From contig NC_059426.1 in the NCBI RefSeq assembly GCF_021028975.2, positions 22,940,001 to 23,004,000 on the forward strand: a stretch of 64,000 nt of DNA. The letters are read 5' to 3'. The notes beneath the pieces were generated by a model. The model had not been told where the DNA came from. It worked only from the letters and a program-made list of their open reading frames with translations, and did not search any database. Below, one piece after another: positions 25,259-36,473 of this stretch (positions are counted from its first letter, which is position 1; each line of letters starts with the position of its first letter). The translations under genes were made by a program, and so were the position numbers. This stretch comes from Sphaerodactylus townsendi (taxonomy: Eukaryota).

Positions 25259-26370
25259 GATAAGAACATAAGAACAAGCCTACTGGATCAGACCAGAGTC
25301 CATCTAGTCCAGCACTCTGCTACTTGCAGTGGCCCATCAGGTGCCTTTGGGAGCTCACATGCAGGATGTGAAAGCGAGGGCCTTCTGCTGCTACTGCTGC
25401 TCCTGAGCACCTGGTCTGCTAAGGCATTTGCAGTCTCAGATCAAGGAGGATCAAGATTGGTAGCCACAGATCGACTTCTCCTCCATAAATCTGTCCAAGC
25501 CTTTTTAAAAGCTATCCAGGTTAGTAGCCATCACCACCTCCTGTGGCAGCATATTCCAAACACCAATCACACGTTGCGTGAAAAAATGTTTCCTTTTATT
25601 AGTCCTAATTCTTCCCCCCAGCATTTTCAATGAATGCCCCCTGGTTCTAGTATTGTGAGAAAGAGAGAAAAATTTCTCTCTGTCAACATTTTCTACCCCA
25701 TGCATAATTTTATAGACCTCAATCATATCCCCCCTCAGACGTCTCCTCTCCAAACTAAAGAGTCCCAAACGCTGCAGCCTCTCCTCATAAGGAAGGTGCT
25801 CCAATCCTTCAATCATCCTCATTGCCCTTCTCTGCACTTTTTCTATCTCTTAGATATCCTTTTTGAGATACCTGCAGGGCGGCCGAAGAGGGGCCCGGCG
25901 GCTCGGCCTGCCCGGCTGCCGGGAGAGCACCTGCCCCGCAAGCAGCGGGGCGGGCAGGAGCCAAAGCCCGCGTGCGGGCTGGAGATGTGCCCGCCCTGCT
26001 TCCTGCAGGGCGGCCGAAGAGGGGGGCGGCGGCTCCGCTCATGGAGCCGCAGAACAGCGGCGGAAGAGCCGCATGCGGCTCGCGAGCCGCGGGTTCCCGA
26101 CCCCTGAACTAAGACAACCAAATCCCTTTCCTGGTCTGTGACTGATAGCACTGACCCCTGTAGAGTGTATGTGAAGTTTGGATTTTTGGCCCCTATGTGC
26201 ATCACTTTACATTTACCTACATTGAACTGCATTTGCCATTTCTTAGCCCTCTCACCTAATTTATAAAGGTCCACTTGGAGCTCTTTGCAATCCTCTGTGG
26301 TTCTCACCACCCTACATAATTTGGTATAATCCGCAAACTTGGCCACCACGCTACCCACCCCTACTTCCAG
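25259..26370 (-). mobile_element. CR1 LINE 3' fragment, interrupted at 25870-26106
   Basis: RT C-terminal peptides KFADYTKL...WQMQFNVGKCKVMHIG and QRRAMRMIEGLEHLPYEERLQRLGLFSLERRRLRGDMI; (ttcttatg)n tail. Confidence 0.92.
25870..26106. mobile_element. One-ended CpG-rich hAT element fragment inside a CR1
   Basis: Ends gagccgcatgcggctcgcgagccgcgggttcccgacccctg (hAT-type terminus). Internal direct repeat cctgcagggcggccgaagagggg. No second TIR. Confidence 0.65.
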
Positions 26371-26414
26371 GGATTTCTCACTTGCATGGATTAACATTCT
26401 AAACCTAAAGAGTG

Positions 26415-26672
26415 TTTGTGTGCGCGTGTTTTATGGAGGGTCACTTCCAACTCAAGGTGACCCTAAGAATTAATGACCTCCAGAACTTCCTATATTGAAC
26501 AGCCTTGCTCAGATCTTGCAAACTGAGGGCCTTGGCTTCCTTTATAGAGTTAATCCATCTCACATTAGGTCTTCCTCTGTTCCTGCTGCCTTCAACTTTT
26601 CCGAGTACTACTGTCATTTTCCAGTGAGGGTTCTCTTTTCATGGTGCAACCAAAGCACAATAGCCTCTAGCT
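26415..26672 (-). mobile_element. RTE-clade LINE 3' fragment
   Basis: Minus strand reads ...LGKVEGSRNRGRPNVRWINSIKEA..., typical of RTE RT C-termini, ending in a (ca)n-like tail. Confidence 0.75.
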
Positions 26673-27739
26673 ATTTTTGCTTCTAAAATACAGGTGTTTT
26701 AACTACTAAAATGTAGATGTTTAAAATAAGTTCAGTATAATTGACAGACAACCAGTTATATAAAATAGTTGTATCTTTCTTGAATTCCAGGCTGCCTAAG
26801 AGAAAAGATGGGCCTATAAATAATTTGAGTTAAATAAATTAATATACACTTTGTTCATCAGTGCAATACTATGGTCTGGGTGTTTATGCACCTAATTGGC
26901 TAGTGTAGCTTAGAATATAAAAAAGTATTAACACCACCTGTAATAACCCATAAGCATTTGGACAAGTACTTTGCATTCAGTAATATAGGGGTGAGCATTC
27001 AGTAAGACAAAAAGAAAAAATGGGGGTTTAAGCTGTAGCCAGCATGCCCAAATCCAAAAAGCTAAAAATGTTACTTTTTTCAGGATAATGTTATTATCTC
27101 CAGCCACAGCAATAGAAAGGTAAGAGATACATTTAAAAAGAAAAAGCGCTTCCATTGGCAAATTCATACAACATTGCAAGTCTTTAAAGTTTAAATCCCA
27201 CTTTCTTGGAGGAAGGGTGGGTTTTTTAAAAGATAGAAGCACCAAATTTTCAACATAACTGCTGGTGACTCTCATTAGAAGAACCCCAAGTCCGGTAAAG
27301 ATTGGGTCAAGGTCCAATTTTATGGATCCCTAAAGAGGGTGCCTCATCCATCTCCCATCGGAAACAATGGAGGAAAAATAGGGGCCCATAAAATTGGACC
27401 CCCTGATTCAATCTTTATCAAACTTGGGGGTTCTTCTAAAGAGAAACTATGCTGAAAATAGGGAGCCTCTACCTTAAAAACAGTCCCTCAGAGTCCTGGG
27501 AAAAAATCCCATAGGTTATAACAGAGCCAATTTTTAAAAGATTTGGGGGGGGGGGGAGGAGAAAGCCCTGAAAAAAACCACATAACATTATGGGACTTAG
27601 GGAATTTTCAGGAATTCCAAAAAAGTTTGGCTCCAATCTACTTGGATAAGAATTTCTCCCCTTTTTTTATACACCCCTAGCTGCAACATTTTAGGAAAGG
27701 GAGAAGAAACAGTCTTCCCTTTCACATTCCAATCACATA

Positions 27740-27971
27740 CCGTGTTTCCCCGAATATAAGACAGTGTCTTATATTAATTTTTGCTCCCAAAGATGCGCTA
27801 TGTCTTATTTTCAGGGGATGTCTTATTTTTCTGTGTTCTGTTCATCAGGCATGCTTCCAAACAAAAACTTTGCTACGTCTTACTTTTGGGGGATGCCTTA
27901 TATTTAGCACTTCAGCAAAACCTCTACTACGTCTTATTTTCCGGGGATGTCTTATATTCGGGAAAACAGGG
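27740..27971. mobile_element. Tc1/mariner (pogo/Tigger-like) MITE
   Basis: TA|ccgtgtttccccgaatataagaca...tgtcttatattcgggaaaacaggg|TA, with internal repeats of gtcttattttc.ggggatg. Confidence 0.85.
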
Positions 27972-29175
27972 TATAACTAATCCTCAGGAGCATTTACAAC
28001 TTTCCTTAGGACCCTGGAAGTCTGCATTAAACAATTACAGTACAAGCCTTGTTATCTGGCACTGTAATATCCAGAAAATGTGGTTAACCAACATGCAGAA
28101 TAACCAGCTTGGCTTGTGGGGTTAGTGGGTAGGGAGAACAGACAGTGAGATGCCATTGCAGTTGAAGGAAAGCAGTAGGAGGAGTCTGAGGAAAGGGTTA
28201 GAGAAAGGTAAGGCAAACCAGTGGCAGAGACCCTGATACATGTAGACCAACACCTTCTATGTCGACTGGCAATGGTGACCTAAGGCCACAGGCCTTTCCC
28301 CTGGACCCATTTAATATACCATTGGCTGAACTGTGGGACACTGTCCTCATCCCCAGACCTCCTATCAGTTGGGAATTCTCACCACCAACAAAGCTACAAT
28401 TAAGTATTAAATCAAACACTGACATTAGATGAAGTCAAGGCTAACCAGGACAACAATCAGGAACTTAAAGCAACTTCAAATCTTGATTTGACACATGAGC
28501 TTAAAGAAGAATCCTGATTAACCTTAACTTCAGCCAAGGTCACTGCTAATGCTTCCCTTAACTTGTTTTTGAGAGTGGGAGTGTTACACAAGAGCTTTAC
28601 AGAAACTACTATGCTGTTATACTTCTACATAAGCTCCGTGCATATTTAAGAGAACAGCTGTCTTATTTAGTCTGAAGGATTCCCTTTTATCTCAAAGCCA
28701 CACCCACACATTGACCATACTGTAATTCTATCAAATACAGCTAAAGCATCCTGCTCTTTGGGTATAACTAGGAAGTCTATAAGGGCCTTTTGTGGCAGTG
28801 AAATTATGTAAAAAAAAACAAACATTACGGTAGGCAAGGGGGGCAGCATAACACATGTCTCCTCAGAACCCAACAGAGAGGTACCTTTAAAGATGTTACA
28901 TTAAAAGGGTTTCAGAAAAGAACAAAACATTACAGCTATGGAACTGTATGTGTTGGATTTGTTAGCAAAGCAACACAACAATAAAACTAATTACTGTTAT
29001 TACCTGCCGTGGGTCCCACTGTGGCATGGGAGAAAGGTGGTTTACAAATGTTTCAATAAATACAGAGAAACAAAACTTCACTTAGTTGGCCTATGAAGTC
29101 TAACATGCCAGTTCTGATGTTAAGGTACAACATGATGGAGAACACGAATATTGAAATGTGCAGTTTTCCACTTAC

Positions 29176-29882
29176 CTCTTCCATCTCAAAAGAGTCCTTC
29201 TGCTGTAGCATGAGACTGACAATGGATGGGTTTGCTATCAGAATGCAGGGTTCCTTATCCGGTGGTGATGTAGGAAGCACAGGCAGCTCAGAGTTGCCCT
29301 CAAGACCACAAGTGCCCAAGGCAGGCATTTCGCTCTCCATCCTGGACGAGCTTGTAATACCAGCTTGCTCCCTAGGTCTATCTGAATGACCAAAGGAGTC
29401 CTTATTTTGCTCAGCTTCAGAAGGCATGTGGTCGCTTTGCAATCCTTGTGCAACGTTAGAGTCAGAAGAAAGTTCAGAAGCATGAAGAACATCCACAGTG
29501 CTTGGCTGATTACCAGGTACCTCCTCTTTTACTGTAGCCAGCAAAGTTGTTTTGAAGTGCTTTGGTGTTTTGGGTTCGTTTTTAGTGTCACAGTCCTCAA
29601 ACTGTCCGTTTTCAGCTTTCCCCTTTTCAACCGGCGAAGGCGTAGAACAGCTGCCCGCTTCACCTGCCTGCTGGTTCCCACAGAGGTTGAGTTTAGATAA
29701 GGTCTTCATCAAACGGCTCGCAGTGTTGCTTCGGGTTAGAGGCGGCGGGTTGGCTGGCTCTTTGCTGGAAGCCGTTGAATTCATGCTCCCAATTTTCTGC
29801 AACGGGGTGCCAGAAACTTGCGAATATAAGGAAGAGAATGCATTGGCCACAGTAGTGAGAACTTCAATTTGACGAAAGCGAC
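29176..29882 (-). CDS. ITPRID2: ITPRID2 coding exon 8 (707 bp)
   Basis: ccctgccag|GT CGC TTT CGT CAA... encodes RFRQIEVLTTVANAFSSLYSQVSGTPLQKIGS...PPPLTRSNTASRLMKTLSKLNLC...QQKDSFEMEE|gtaagt. It is the core of ORF 29053..30084. Confidence 0.96.
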
Positions 29883-30839
29883 CTGGCAGGGAGACAAAAC
29901 AGATGACAAACCGAACAATGGATGGCATTGTAAAATTCAGCCATGAAGCTACAAATGATTTGGAACTGGCAAAGGTGAAAGAGCAACCACACAAAAGCAG
30001 AGAAGAGTTCAGTTTCTCACACCAAGAAAACTTGGCTGAAACACATTGATAGCTTCGAGTTTCAGACATTTTGTTAAAACACAAGTCTGAACTTTAAAGG
30101 AAAAGAGTCCCTCTTCAAAGGAAATCTGTTTTCTCAAAGTGACTGCCAGACAGATTTCATACTTCCATTTCTTTTTCGATCACTACCGTCAACACTCACA
30201 CCTACTAAACTCCACTGGTGCTGAGGAACCATCTTTGGAAAGAAACTATACATTGGATCCAGGCAATGGATCATGGAGAGACTGTAAATCTTCCCAGCCT
30301 TCCTGTTTCCCCCAGATCTTTTTCAAGTCCAGGAAATTTTCTCCTCAGGTTGTGGGAGCCACATAGAGTAAAAGCTACATGGTACACAGGGAACACCAGG
30401 GAGAAATCATTCATCCTCATACACCAGGAGCTCCACTCTTGGAAGAAGCTACGAGTCACGTTGCCCACCTCCTCCTACAACCTCCCAATCTACACAGCTG
30501 TTACTACACATGGGTCCTGCAACTCCAACTCCATGTAGCTGGAAAAGATTGTTTCTGGGAGGAAATAACTAAGAAGATGGCTCTAACATACAAGGTATAT
30601 TTCCAATTATGTGCCTAAGAATTTCAAAGGTATAGAAGCAGAAGGAATTTTTTGTGATGTAGGTAAAAAGCGGGCAGAGAGCTTCTACACCCTTTGCCCA
30701 CACAAATCCTTACGTTCTCTTCCTTTCATCCCCTTCTCCATTGAGTCCAGCCCCTTCATCTCTATCAAGACAGCTCTTCTCCCTTTTAATTCATTTATTC
30801 CCCATGAAATCATCTTATTTATCTATTTCATTTAGGAAT

Positions 30840-31278
30840 CAGAGAATCATAGAGTTGGAAGACACCACAAGGGCCATCAACTCCCTGCCATGCAGGAACA
30901 CACAAAGCACTCCCAACATATGTTCATCCAGCCTCTGTTTAAAAACCTTCAAAGAAGGAGAATCCACCACTTTCCAAGGCAGCATATTCCACTGTTGAAC
31001 AGCCCTGACAGTCAGAAAGTTCTTCCTAATGTTTAGGTGGAATCTCTTTTCCTGCACCTTGAATCCATTACTCCATGTCCTAGTCTCTGAGGCAGCAGAA
31101 AACAAGCTTGCTCCCTCTACGACATGACATCCTTTAAAATATTTAAACATAGCTATCATGTCCCTCTTAACCTTTGCTTCTCCAGAGTAAACATCCCCAG
31201 CTCCCTACATCTCTCTTGGTAGGGCATGGATTCCAGACCTTTTACCGTTTTGGTTGCCCTCCTCTGGACACGTTCCAT
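30840..31278 (-). mobile_element. CR1 LINE 3' fragment
   Basis: ORF 30839..31159 reads FKYFKGC...RTWSNGFKVQEKRFHLNIRKNFLTVRAVQQWN; (attctatg)-like tail. Confidence 0.9.
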
Positions 31279-31513
31279 TTATACCCTGCCTTTCTCCCCA
31301 GTGGAGATCAAAAGTAGCTTACATCATTCTCCTCTTTCTCATTTCATCCTCACAATAGCTCTGTCTTTAATGCATCACAGACACAAGGATGGAACTCTGC
31401 ATTTTTGCTTCTCGAGAACAAGAACAAAACCAAGACTGTATTTTCCCAGAACGTGGGCGCAAACCTCTAAAGCAACACAGCTCCTTACTATGCTTTAACT
31501 GCTAACTGTATTA

Positions 31514-31756
<243 letters not shown>

Positions 31757-32687
31757 TCATCTCTCCCTCTAGGAAATAACTCATTTGGTGTGGATAGGTA
31801 CTCTTCTGAGTTTTCCTCCAAACTTTCAGTTCAGAGTTTAAGACTGAGATCTTAAGTTTGCTTATTTAGAAAGTAAATAAGACTTTCAAGGAAAGATGTT
31901 TAGAGCCAGGATGTGATACCACAACTTACTTCCCATGTAGAGTTTCAGACTGAAGTTGTGTGGATTTTAAGGGAAAAAAATTCAAAGCAAATTCCATGCT
32001 TATATCTGCCTTCAGTCAGTGGATATAAATCAGTTAACTCATAAAGCTGCCTTACACTGAATCAAGATCATGGCCTACTCAGCCACTCAGCACATTCAAA
32101 GCTAAATAAAAGCCTGAACAAAGGATTCCCCCAGTTCACCGACCAGCTCTCCTCTAACTGAGACTGAAGCATTGTGCTTTATTATGTCACAATATCTGTC
32201 CTCATTGGAAGTAGATGTCCAGACAATCGACTGCAGGACAGTTTCTCAAGACAGTGTGCAAAGTCTGGGGGAACCTTTAACGTGCTGTGTGTTTTAAGAC
32301 CTCAAAAAAAGTCCTTGTTCATCAAACTCTTCTGAAAACAAGAGGCAAAACAAAAGAGAAAACTTTTGGTGAGAGAGCCATCAGAAAAAGAAGGGGACAG
32401 TCCAACTGTGTCCCACCTCCCAACACTGACCTAGGTAGGGAAAAGAGAAAGAACAGCAGAGCAGCTAATAAGGCTGGTAAATCCAGTTTCCAAGCCCATT
32501 TGGAGCCTTGAAACCAACCCAAAGGGACAGCCATGTTTCCTGTTGACTTCTAGGAGGGGTGAATGGATCGTGGTCAGATTGTAACATCAAAAAGGACAAG
32601 TAGCGGAAAAGTGGGGATCTAATTGATCCAGGATGACAGAAAAAGCATGGGAAACTGGGGAGAAAGAAGCAGGAGAGGATATGGGGG

Positions 32688-32878
32688 AAGAGCTGTGGCT
32701 CAGAGGCTGGCCATCTCCTTGGCATGCAGAAGGTCCCTGGAATCCCCATTTTAAAGGATCTAACAGTGGGTGATGCAAAAGACCTCAACCTGAGACCCTG
32801 GAGAGTACCAGTCTGAGGAGCAATACAGGCTGTGATGGACCAAGAGCCTGATTCAACAGAAGGCAGGTTCATGTGTAT
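32688..32878 (+). mobile_element. Second tRNA-derived SINE family (CR1-like tail)
   Basis: gctgtggctcag...ggcatgcagaaggtccc...tgagaccctggagag...gatggacc...aaggcag.ttcatgtg. Relatives lie at about 22470-22685(-), 35680-35870(-) and 58874-59075(+). Confidence 0.75.
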
Positions 32879-33115
32879 TCCCTTCACGCAGGTGTCCCTT
32901 CCTAATATCAAAATCAGTTCCACCCAGTCAGTCAGCTTTAGCCTCAAAGTGGGCGGGACGATGAATGATTAACAGGGCTGCCCTCCACGATGTCTAGCTT
33001 GAACCACAACTCTGGGAGGTACGAATTTGTATCTATACCCCAAATGGGATGTTATCAAACAATAAAGAGCTATTCAGGACACTGATTGATGTTAAACCAG
33101 GAAGGGTATCCTAGA

Positions 33116-33360
33116 AAGAAGAAGAGTTTGAATTTATACACAGCCCTTTTCTCTCCTGCAAGGAGACTCAAAGGGGCTTACAAACTCCTTTCCCTCCCTC
33201 TCCCCACAACAGATACCTTGTGAAGTCGGTGGGGTTCAGAGAGTTCCAAAGGCCTGCGACTAGCCCAAGGTCACCCACCAGGCTTTGGGTGTAGGAGCGG
33301 GGAAACAAATCCAGTTCACCAGATAAGAGTCCACCTGCTCTTAACCATTATACCATGCTG
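33116..33360 (-). mobile_element. tRNA-derived SINE (Squam3-like)
   Basis: Same family, reverse orientation. Confidence 0.8.
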
Positions 33361-33423
33361 AAGAGAGAACAAGACATATAATTGATCTGTTTCATGTGTC
33401 CAGGATATTAATTCTCTGCTTAC

Positions 33424-33522
33424 CTTGAAACCGTTGCGCTGCTTTTCCCAGAGCCAGTAGAGTTCATGCTTCGGCCCTTCTGATGAAACTGAAGTCTCTT
33501 GTCCTTTGCCAACATACCGTTA
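33424..33522 (-). CDS. ITPRID2: ITPRID2 coding exon 6 (99 bp)
   Basis: atgttcag|T AAC GGT ATG TTG GCA AAG ... GTT TCA AG|gtaagc encodes [32 protein letters not shown](S). Confidence 0.95.
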
Positions 33523-33914
33523 CTGAACATGCAAAAGAATCAAGAGTAGTAAGGCAATAAGTTTCTTTTCTTCCTAAGGGGTTCAAGATTATCTTATTTC
33601 CATTTCCTTAAGGGTTCACCACTGTCACATGAACAAGGTCAACACTCTTGACTAAAACATGCCCTTGGAGTACTCAGTCCATCCACATAAAAGGAAGTAG
33701 GAGTCCTCCCAAACCCTCTATTCTCTTGCATCTTCTCTCCTCTGGTATTTTCTCTGCTGAGAAGAAGAAGAAGAGTTGGATGTATATCCCCCCTTTCTCT
33801 CTTGTAAGGAGACTCAAAGGGGCTTACATACTCCTTTCCCTTCCCCCCTCACAACAAACACCCTGTGAGGTAGGTGGGGCTGAGAGAGCTCCAAAGAACT
33901 GTGACTAGCCCAAG

Positions 33915-34443
33915 ATTATTCTGGTTCCTAAATATACAACTATATTTATATATTTGTATTTAATGATTGTGCCTAAAGTGGCTGAAGAAGACATAACAGT
34001 CGAAAGTATTGGTTTTTTCCCCGGATCAATACTCCCACCTTCTATTGACCACCAGCCAAGGATTTCTCCATCAACATCCTGATGTTTGGTACGTTCATCT
34101 ATAAGAACATGAAGCTCATCCATGGAAGTTGAGTATTTACAGGCATCAGACAGTTGCTATCCTTCACATCCACACCATTAGTGGATCTCTTTCAAAGTGA
34201 TACCTTTATTACAGAGACTTGATATTATTGTGTTTGGGATCCCCTTTGTGGGTTTTATTCATTGTTCTGTTGTTGTTATTTATAATATGTATACTTTGTT
34301 GTTGATTAAGAGTTGTAGTTCTGTTATATAAACATTTTAATTATTTTAATTAAAGACAGAGTTTTAAAGTTCGCACTAGAGTCAGACAGGTTTTTTTCCC
34401 TTCTATAAATTAGATGCTGTCTCTGGCTCATTAGATATTTTTT
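33915..34443 (+). mobile_element. 529-bp non-coding hammerhead-bearing insertion (Penelope-like pLTR or retrozyme-like)
   Basis: Flanked by the direct repeat ACTAGCCCAAG (33904-33914 and 34444-34454). It splits a SINE that resumes exactly after it, and it contains a hammerhead. Confidence 0.75.
33978..34038 (+). ncRNA. Type-I hammerhead ribozyme (predicted intact)
   Basis: GTGG-CTGAAGA-A-GAC[ATAACA]GTC-GAA-AGTATTG[gttttttccccggat]CAATACT-C-CCAC: stems I, II and III, full conserved core, CUC cleavage triplet at 34032-34034. Confidence 0.75.
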
Positions 34444-34945
34444 ACTAGCCCAAGGTCACCCAGCTGGCATGTCTTGGCGTGCACAAGCTAATCTAGTTCA
34501 CCAGATAAGCCTCCACAGCTCAAGTGGCAGAGCAGGAAATCAAGCCCAGTTCTCCAAATTAGAGCACACCTGCTCTTAACCACTACACGATGCTGGCTCT
34601 GGGGTTTTGTTTCACTTCCAGGGAACTGCCCCAAATGTCTTCCCATATCTAATGAATATGGAAATGACTCTGTTCTATATTTTTGGCACAGTTTCCTTCC
34701 AGGGTCTGATTTCTGTAGTTCAGGTCTCAGACCACAAATGGAACACTTTCACCACCTCCAGTGAGTCACATGACAGCAGCAAGGAGGGCACCCTTAGAGC
34801 CTGGACTTCTAGGCCTCACCCAGCAGAACCAGCTGCTGGACCACAGCATGAAGTCCTGAATGTGTCCAGAGACTCATACTGAAAGCCCAGGAGGAAGGCT
34901 TTGGGTTCAAACATCCATTCTGTTGTAAAGCATGTTGGGTTACAC

Positions 34946-35153
34946 CAGTGGTTCCCAAACTTATTTGGCCTACCGCCCCATTTCCAGAAAAAAAATATTA
35001 CTTAGCGCCCCCTGGAAATTAATTTTTTTTAATTTTAATAGCAATTAAACAGAAATATATATGTATTAATGTTTCTCCCTGTGGCCATCACCGCCCCCCT
35101 GAATCGCTGCAGCACCCACCAGGGGGCGGTGGCGCCCACTTTGGGAATCACTG
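34946..35153. mobile_element. hAT MITE
   Basis: cagtggttcccaaa...tttgggaatcactg; TSD ggttacac. Confidence 0.9.
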
Positions 35154-35478
35154 GGTTACACTGATCCAGTCATTCTGGGTCAGCCTTACTTCCTTTGAGG
35201 ACAAAGTTAAACAGGAGAACCACGTACTCCAAGCTCCATGGAGGAAAGGCAAGATAAAAATGCACTTTAAAAAAATGACAAATGTCAATGAGGGCCTATA
35301 AGTCTGTGGGGATCTGACACAAGTCTTTTCGGTTTGCTTGGACATTGTTAAAAACACTTCCCCCAAACATTTTTTCTAAACCTACGGAATACTGCTCCCA
35401 ATAGCTACATTTTAGAGAAATTAATGTTTTGCAGAGAATGCCAGCCATTACCCCCAAGCCAGGAATGAGATTATTTAC

Positions 35479-35518
35479 CAGATCTCCATTTGTTCACCAC
35501 CTTGGTGTAGCTGATTAG
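35479..35518 (-). CDS. ITPRID2: ITPRID2 coding exon 5 (40 bp)
   Basis: cccttttcag|CT AAT CAG CTA CAC CAA GGT GGT GAA CAA ATG GAG ATC TG|gtaaat encodes NQLHQGGEQMEI(C); phases join exons 4 and 6. Confidence 0.88.
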
Positions 35519-36343
35519 CTGAAAAGGGAAACAATACATATAAATTTCCTGCACTGTAATATAAATAACCACGAACAAATAGCAACTACTTGGTCCAATA
35601 ATAAACAGTACAGTTCCTTTCAGCCTGTACACTGGCGCTGTAAACTCATACGGTACATGCAGCCAACTTCATATATTAGCACACGTGAAGCTGCCTTATA
35701 CTGAATCAGACAGTGTCTATTTAGAGAGACAGCAACTCTCCAAAATCTCAGGTAGAGGTCTTCTACATTACCTATTGCTTGGTCCTTTTGACTAGAGATA
35801 CCAGGGATCGAACCCGGGGCCTTCTGCATGCCAAACAAAGACTCTACCATTGATCCATCACCCCTCCCAAACATACTGGATGAGGATTAAGAACACACAG
35901 GAAGCTTGCACAGGAAACGTTTCTAGGGTCAAGTTGAGGGACACTGATGTACAAGGACAAAGAGTCAGGAGACATGAGGAGGAGACTGTCCTCCCACAAT
36001 TCTCTGTGAAAAGACAACCATCTCCTCCCTTATTTGTGAGATAAGACTGAGCAACTGGAATGGCCAGCCAATCCCAAGGACTAACATAATGCTGAGCCTA
36101 CCGTATCAAGGATCAAAGTTGATCTGAATATTAACAGTGTGTACGGTTTAGAATATACCCGGCACAACTGTCACCCCTGCCTCCTACCCTTTGAAAAGTG
36201 TCTCTGTGTTCCTCTGATATCTGAAGAGCCAACTGAGGCAGGGCAGAGGGAACTAGCTTTTCAAAGACTTGATGAACGATGGCACTACTGCTGTTCATGG
36301 GGCATGTATTCAGTGCCAACTTCCGTTATGGTGACTTCTCAAA

Positions 36344-36473
36344 GGCCCCTTCCACACATGCAGAATAATGCACTTTCAATCCACTTTGCAGCTGTGCAGA
36401 ATTGCAAAATCCACTTGCAATCAGTTGTGAAACTGGACTGAAAGTGCATTATTCTGCATGTGTGGAAGGGGCC
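36344..36473. mobile_element. PIF/Harbinger-like palindromic MITE (same family)
   Basis: Long TIRs ggccccttccacacatgcagaataatgcactttca and its reverse complement; 3-bp TSD aaa. Confidence 0.85.

Larger units (their letters stand above)
33761..34595 (-). mobile_element. tRNA-derived SINE split by the 529-bp hammerhead insertion
   Basis: SINE sequence runs 33761-33914 and resumes at 34444 (actagcccaaggtcacccagctggc...ctcttaaccactacac). Confidence 0.88.

Noticed and set aside
26928-27317. 129-aa ORF
   Set aside because: Probably a decayed LINE endonuclease remnant plus repeat sequence; too weak to call.
29995-30075. Possible third Penelope-type terminal remnant
   Set aside because: Too degenerate; no intact CTGANGA or GAAA core.
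29053-30084. 343-aa ORF as a standalone gene
   Set aside because: Only 29176-29882 is exon; the flanks are intronic read-through past clear splice sites.
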